The translations under genes were made by a program, and so were the position numbers. A stretch of DNA of 17,614 nt from the NCBI GenBank assembly GCA_013375475.1, contig JABXKD010000071.1, positions 1 through 17,614 on the forward strand, read 5' to 3'. Below, one piece after another: positions 15,306 to 17,614 of the stretch. The stretch comes from Promethearchaeota archaeon (GTDB lineage Archaea; Asgardarchaeota; Lokiarchaeia; Sigyniarchaeales; SOKP01). Position 1 is the first letter of the stretch. Each line of letters begins with the position of its first letter. The notes under the pieces were generated by a model. That model had not been told where the DNA came from and did no database searches. It saw only the letters and a list, made by a program, of their open reading frames with translations.

Positions 15306-16700
15306 ATGGTTAAATTGTCTCAGCGCATCCAAAATTTAAACGAACTAAATAAAAACGGTCGGATAGTAGGAAAAGCAAATTACATCTTTACACCTGAGAT
15401 CTCAAGCTCAATTGGCTCTATTCATGGAAGTTCATTTAAGGTGGACGAAACTGTTGTAATTGGTCGAGATTACCATAACGATAGTCGCATGTTAAAAAGA
15501 GCATATACCTCAGGAGTCATGAGCACTGGAATAAATGTCTTAAATCTCGCAGATTGTACCTTTCCATTATTAGAATTCACCATTAGGCGATTTGGGGCAA
15601 GTGGAGGCGCATATTTCTCAGGAGGGCACTTATATAGTGAAGATGTTGGAGTGAAATTTGCCGATGCTGGAGGAATTGAATTAGCTCCCTTAGAAATCAA
15701 AAAGATCATTGAATCTTACAACACATATCCAACACAAATTCGACGTGTTGATCCAAGGATGATAGGACAAATTATCGCTATCCCTCAAACTCAAGACGTG
15801 TATATCAAGTCCTTAGAGCAATTTGTCAACAAAAAACAAATTAAAGAGGCTAACTTAAAAATAGTGGTAGATTGCTCCTTTAGCCCAACCGGGAAAATTA
15901 CTCCTTTGCTTATAAATGAAGTGGGCGTAGAAGTTATTGCTCTTAATACTCACTATCGAGAAAGATCTAAAATCCCCGTACCGAGTGTTAATACGATTAA
16001 AAACGCTGCGGATATTGTAAAAGCATCTAACAGTCATTTAGGAGTATGCTTTGATGTGGATGGATCGCGGATATTAGTGGTAGACGAAAACGGTTTAGAG
16101 ATTTGTTTTGAAGATTTATTAATGCTTTTTATTGCATATGACAAAAGAATTAGAAATTCTAAAAATAGCTCAGTTATATTAACACCTTCAATATCTCCCG
16201 TTATCAAAAACTTTATTGAAGAGAGTGGTCATCCCATTAAACTCGTAGAAAACTATCCGGGTGAGCTTTCGAGACAAATAAGGCAAGAAAGAGCATGTTT
16301 TGCGGCCGCAGACTCTCTAAAATTCTATTTTCCAAGTTATGCTCCTTTTAGTGATGGTAATTTTATTTTACTTAAAATTTTAGAAATAATGTCGATTCAA
16401 AAAGATCTTATTAGCTCTCTTACTAAGGGTTTCCCTAAGGGTATAAAAGTCAATAAAACGATACCGGTTTCGGCCGAAGCTATGGAAAACATGCACAATC
16501 GGTTAATTGAATTTGCTGACGAATATGAATTAAAGTACCAAGACATTATAAATGAGCTAAAAATAATAGATGAAGACGTGTATGTTAAAATTAAAGTTGC
16601 CTTGAATAGAAACGCGATTTTAATGTCAGCAGAATCTGAGGATACCCGTAAGTCGGAGAAAATGATAGCAAAGTTATCTAAAATTATTTCTAACTTATAA
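15306..16700 (+). CDS. Alpha-D-phosphohexomutase (PMM/PGM) fold protein with degenerate active site
   Basis: GRIVG, VVIGRD...SRMLK, FTIRRFGASGG, LKIVVDC, GVCFDVDGSR, DG..ILLKILE. The TASHNP position reads SGGHLY. Confidence 0.88.
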   Translation: MVKLSQRIQNLNELNKNGRIVGKANYIFTPEISSSIGSIHGSSFKVDETVVIGRDYHNDSRMLKRAYTSGVMSTGINVLNLADCTFPLLEFTIRRFGASGGAYFSGGHLYSEDVGVKFADAGGIELAPLEIKKIIESYNTYPTQIRRVDPRMIGQIIAIPQTQDVYIKSLEQFVNKKQIKEANLKIVVDCSFSPTGKITPLLINEVGVEVIALNTHYRERSKIPVPSVNTIKNAADIVKASNSHLGVCFDVDGSRILVVDENGLEICFEDLLMLFIAYDKRIRNSKNSSVILTPSISPVIKNFIEESGHPIKLVENYPGELSRQIRQERACFAAADSLKFYFPSYAPFSDGNFILLKILEIMSIQKDLISSLTKGFPKGIKVNKTIPVSAEAMENMHNRLIEFADEYELKYQDIINELKIIDEDVYVKIKVALNRNAILMSAESEDTRKSEKMIAKLSKIISNL

Positions 16701-16883
16701 CAATTGCAGGACTAATATACTTTTTTTACTTTAAAATCAGAGTATTTACAATTTTATAGTTTTAATTTAATTTCTCTGACGCTAAATTAATAATGGTCTG
16801 GTATTAATTTAATTATATATGTTAATATATTATATATAATTATTAAAAAAATTAAAAATAATAATTAAAAGGAAGTTTTTATT

Positions 16884-17573
16884 ATGGCTTTTGATATAAA
16901 TTCTATTATCATTACTGGAACTCTATTCGTAATATTTGGAGTCTTTTTATTTTTCGATCTTTTCAAAAGAAATGAACGATACGGCTATTTAGCATACATT
17001 GTTGCTCTGATACCAATAAATTTCTTATGGTTTCTTCAATTTGATGTTCTTGGAGTTTATTTAATTTTATTTATTCTTTGGAACTTATGTTTATTACGAG
17101 ATTTGCTTGGAGTTATAAGAAAAAAGGATCCAAAAGAAATTAACGATATAGTTTTATACTTAGCTTTAGGTATTGTAATACAGACGATTATAACAGCGAT
17201 TCTACCCGTTTCCATTCCCACGATGCAAACAAATACCACCCCTTACTGGTTTTTCTACTTTCCAGATATTTACGCAATTTCTCCTGGAACGGAATTATGG
17301 TTCCCAAACTCCATAATTTTATTAACTTTTAGAGTCACGGCTACCTTATTAATTGGATTAGTAATAGTGCCACTGCTCGTAGATCTTAGGGATGAAGAAG
17401 TACCTCTGCCCGTTTTTATTATCATAATTGGTCTGTTTATTTTACCTTTTCTCTACTTGAGCTACATATGGTTACCTGAAGCAATGGGAGTATTAACTTT
17501 TCTTATGAGCGTAATCTTGTTTATCACTCTCCTCATTATAACTCGGAGCGGGAAGGAGATACAAAAGAAGTAA
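16884..17573 (+). CDS. Polytopic membrane protein (~7 TM), unknown function
   Basis: About seven long hydrophobic segments separated by short charged loops. SD-like AAGGAAG upstream of the ATG. Confidence 0.85.
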   Translation: MAFDINSIIITGTLFVIFGVFLFFDLFKRNERYGYLAYIVALIPINFLWFLQFDVLGVYLILFILWNLCLLRDLLGVIRKKDPKEINDIVLYLALGIVIQTIITAILPVSIPTMQTNTTPYWFFYFPDIYAISPGTELWFPNSIILLTFRVTATLLIGLVIVPLLVDLRDEEVPLPVFIIIIGLFILPFLYLSYIWLPEAMGVLTFLMSVILFITLLIITRSGKEIQKK

Positions 17574-17614
17574 TACTATAATTTTATTTTTTTGTTATTA
17601 TTTTTAAATTTAAA

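Noticed and set aside
16810-16842. 11-bp inverted repeat TAATTATATAT-N11-ATATATAATTA
   Set aside because: Pure A/T low-complexity sequence, expected by chance in this spacer.
9572-17239. Short ORFs 9572..9808, 11183..11410, 11341..11625, 13277..13531, 13806..14012, 15470..15709, 15855..16037 and 17057..17239
   Set aside because: All are nested in, or antisense to, longer motif-bearing genes.
16884-17573. Microbial rhodopsin interpretation of the 7-TM protein
   Set aside because: No Lys in the last helix (no DxxxK) and no RYxxW-like motif in helix 3.
1-17614. CRISPR array, tRNA/rRNA, transposase or integrase
   Set aside because: No regularly spaced repeats, GC-rich structured RNA segments or mobility motifs were seen by eye.

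Overview
AT-rich archaeal DNA that most resembles Asgard archaea (Lokiarchaeia/Promethearchaeota-like). This is inferred from the small GTPases fused to roadblock and longin-like domains, the stand-alone V4R protein and the CdrS-like ribbon-helix-helix protein. The left ~7 kb is dense in eukaryote-signature-like trafficking/signalling folds: an HhH-Arf/Rag-like GTPase-roadblock fusion, a GPP34/GOLPH3-family protein, a V4R (Bet3-related fold) protein directly downstream of a putative longin-Arf-like GTPase fusion, and an unknown protein with Trp-anchored repeats and a zinc ribbon. The middle holds a D-2-hydroxyacid dehydrogenase and an RHH regulator preceded by a perfect 21-bp inverted repeat. 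The right ~8 kb is a sugar-nucleotide/alpha-glucan cluster: a GalT-like protein, an NDP-sugar pyrophosphorylase, a large GH13 and a phosphohexomutase-fold protein lacking its catalytic Ser, followed by a ~7-TM membrane protein. No rRNA, tRNA, CRISPR array or transposase was seen. All family calls come from motif recognition by eye, not database searches.
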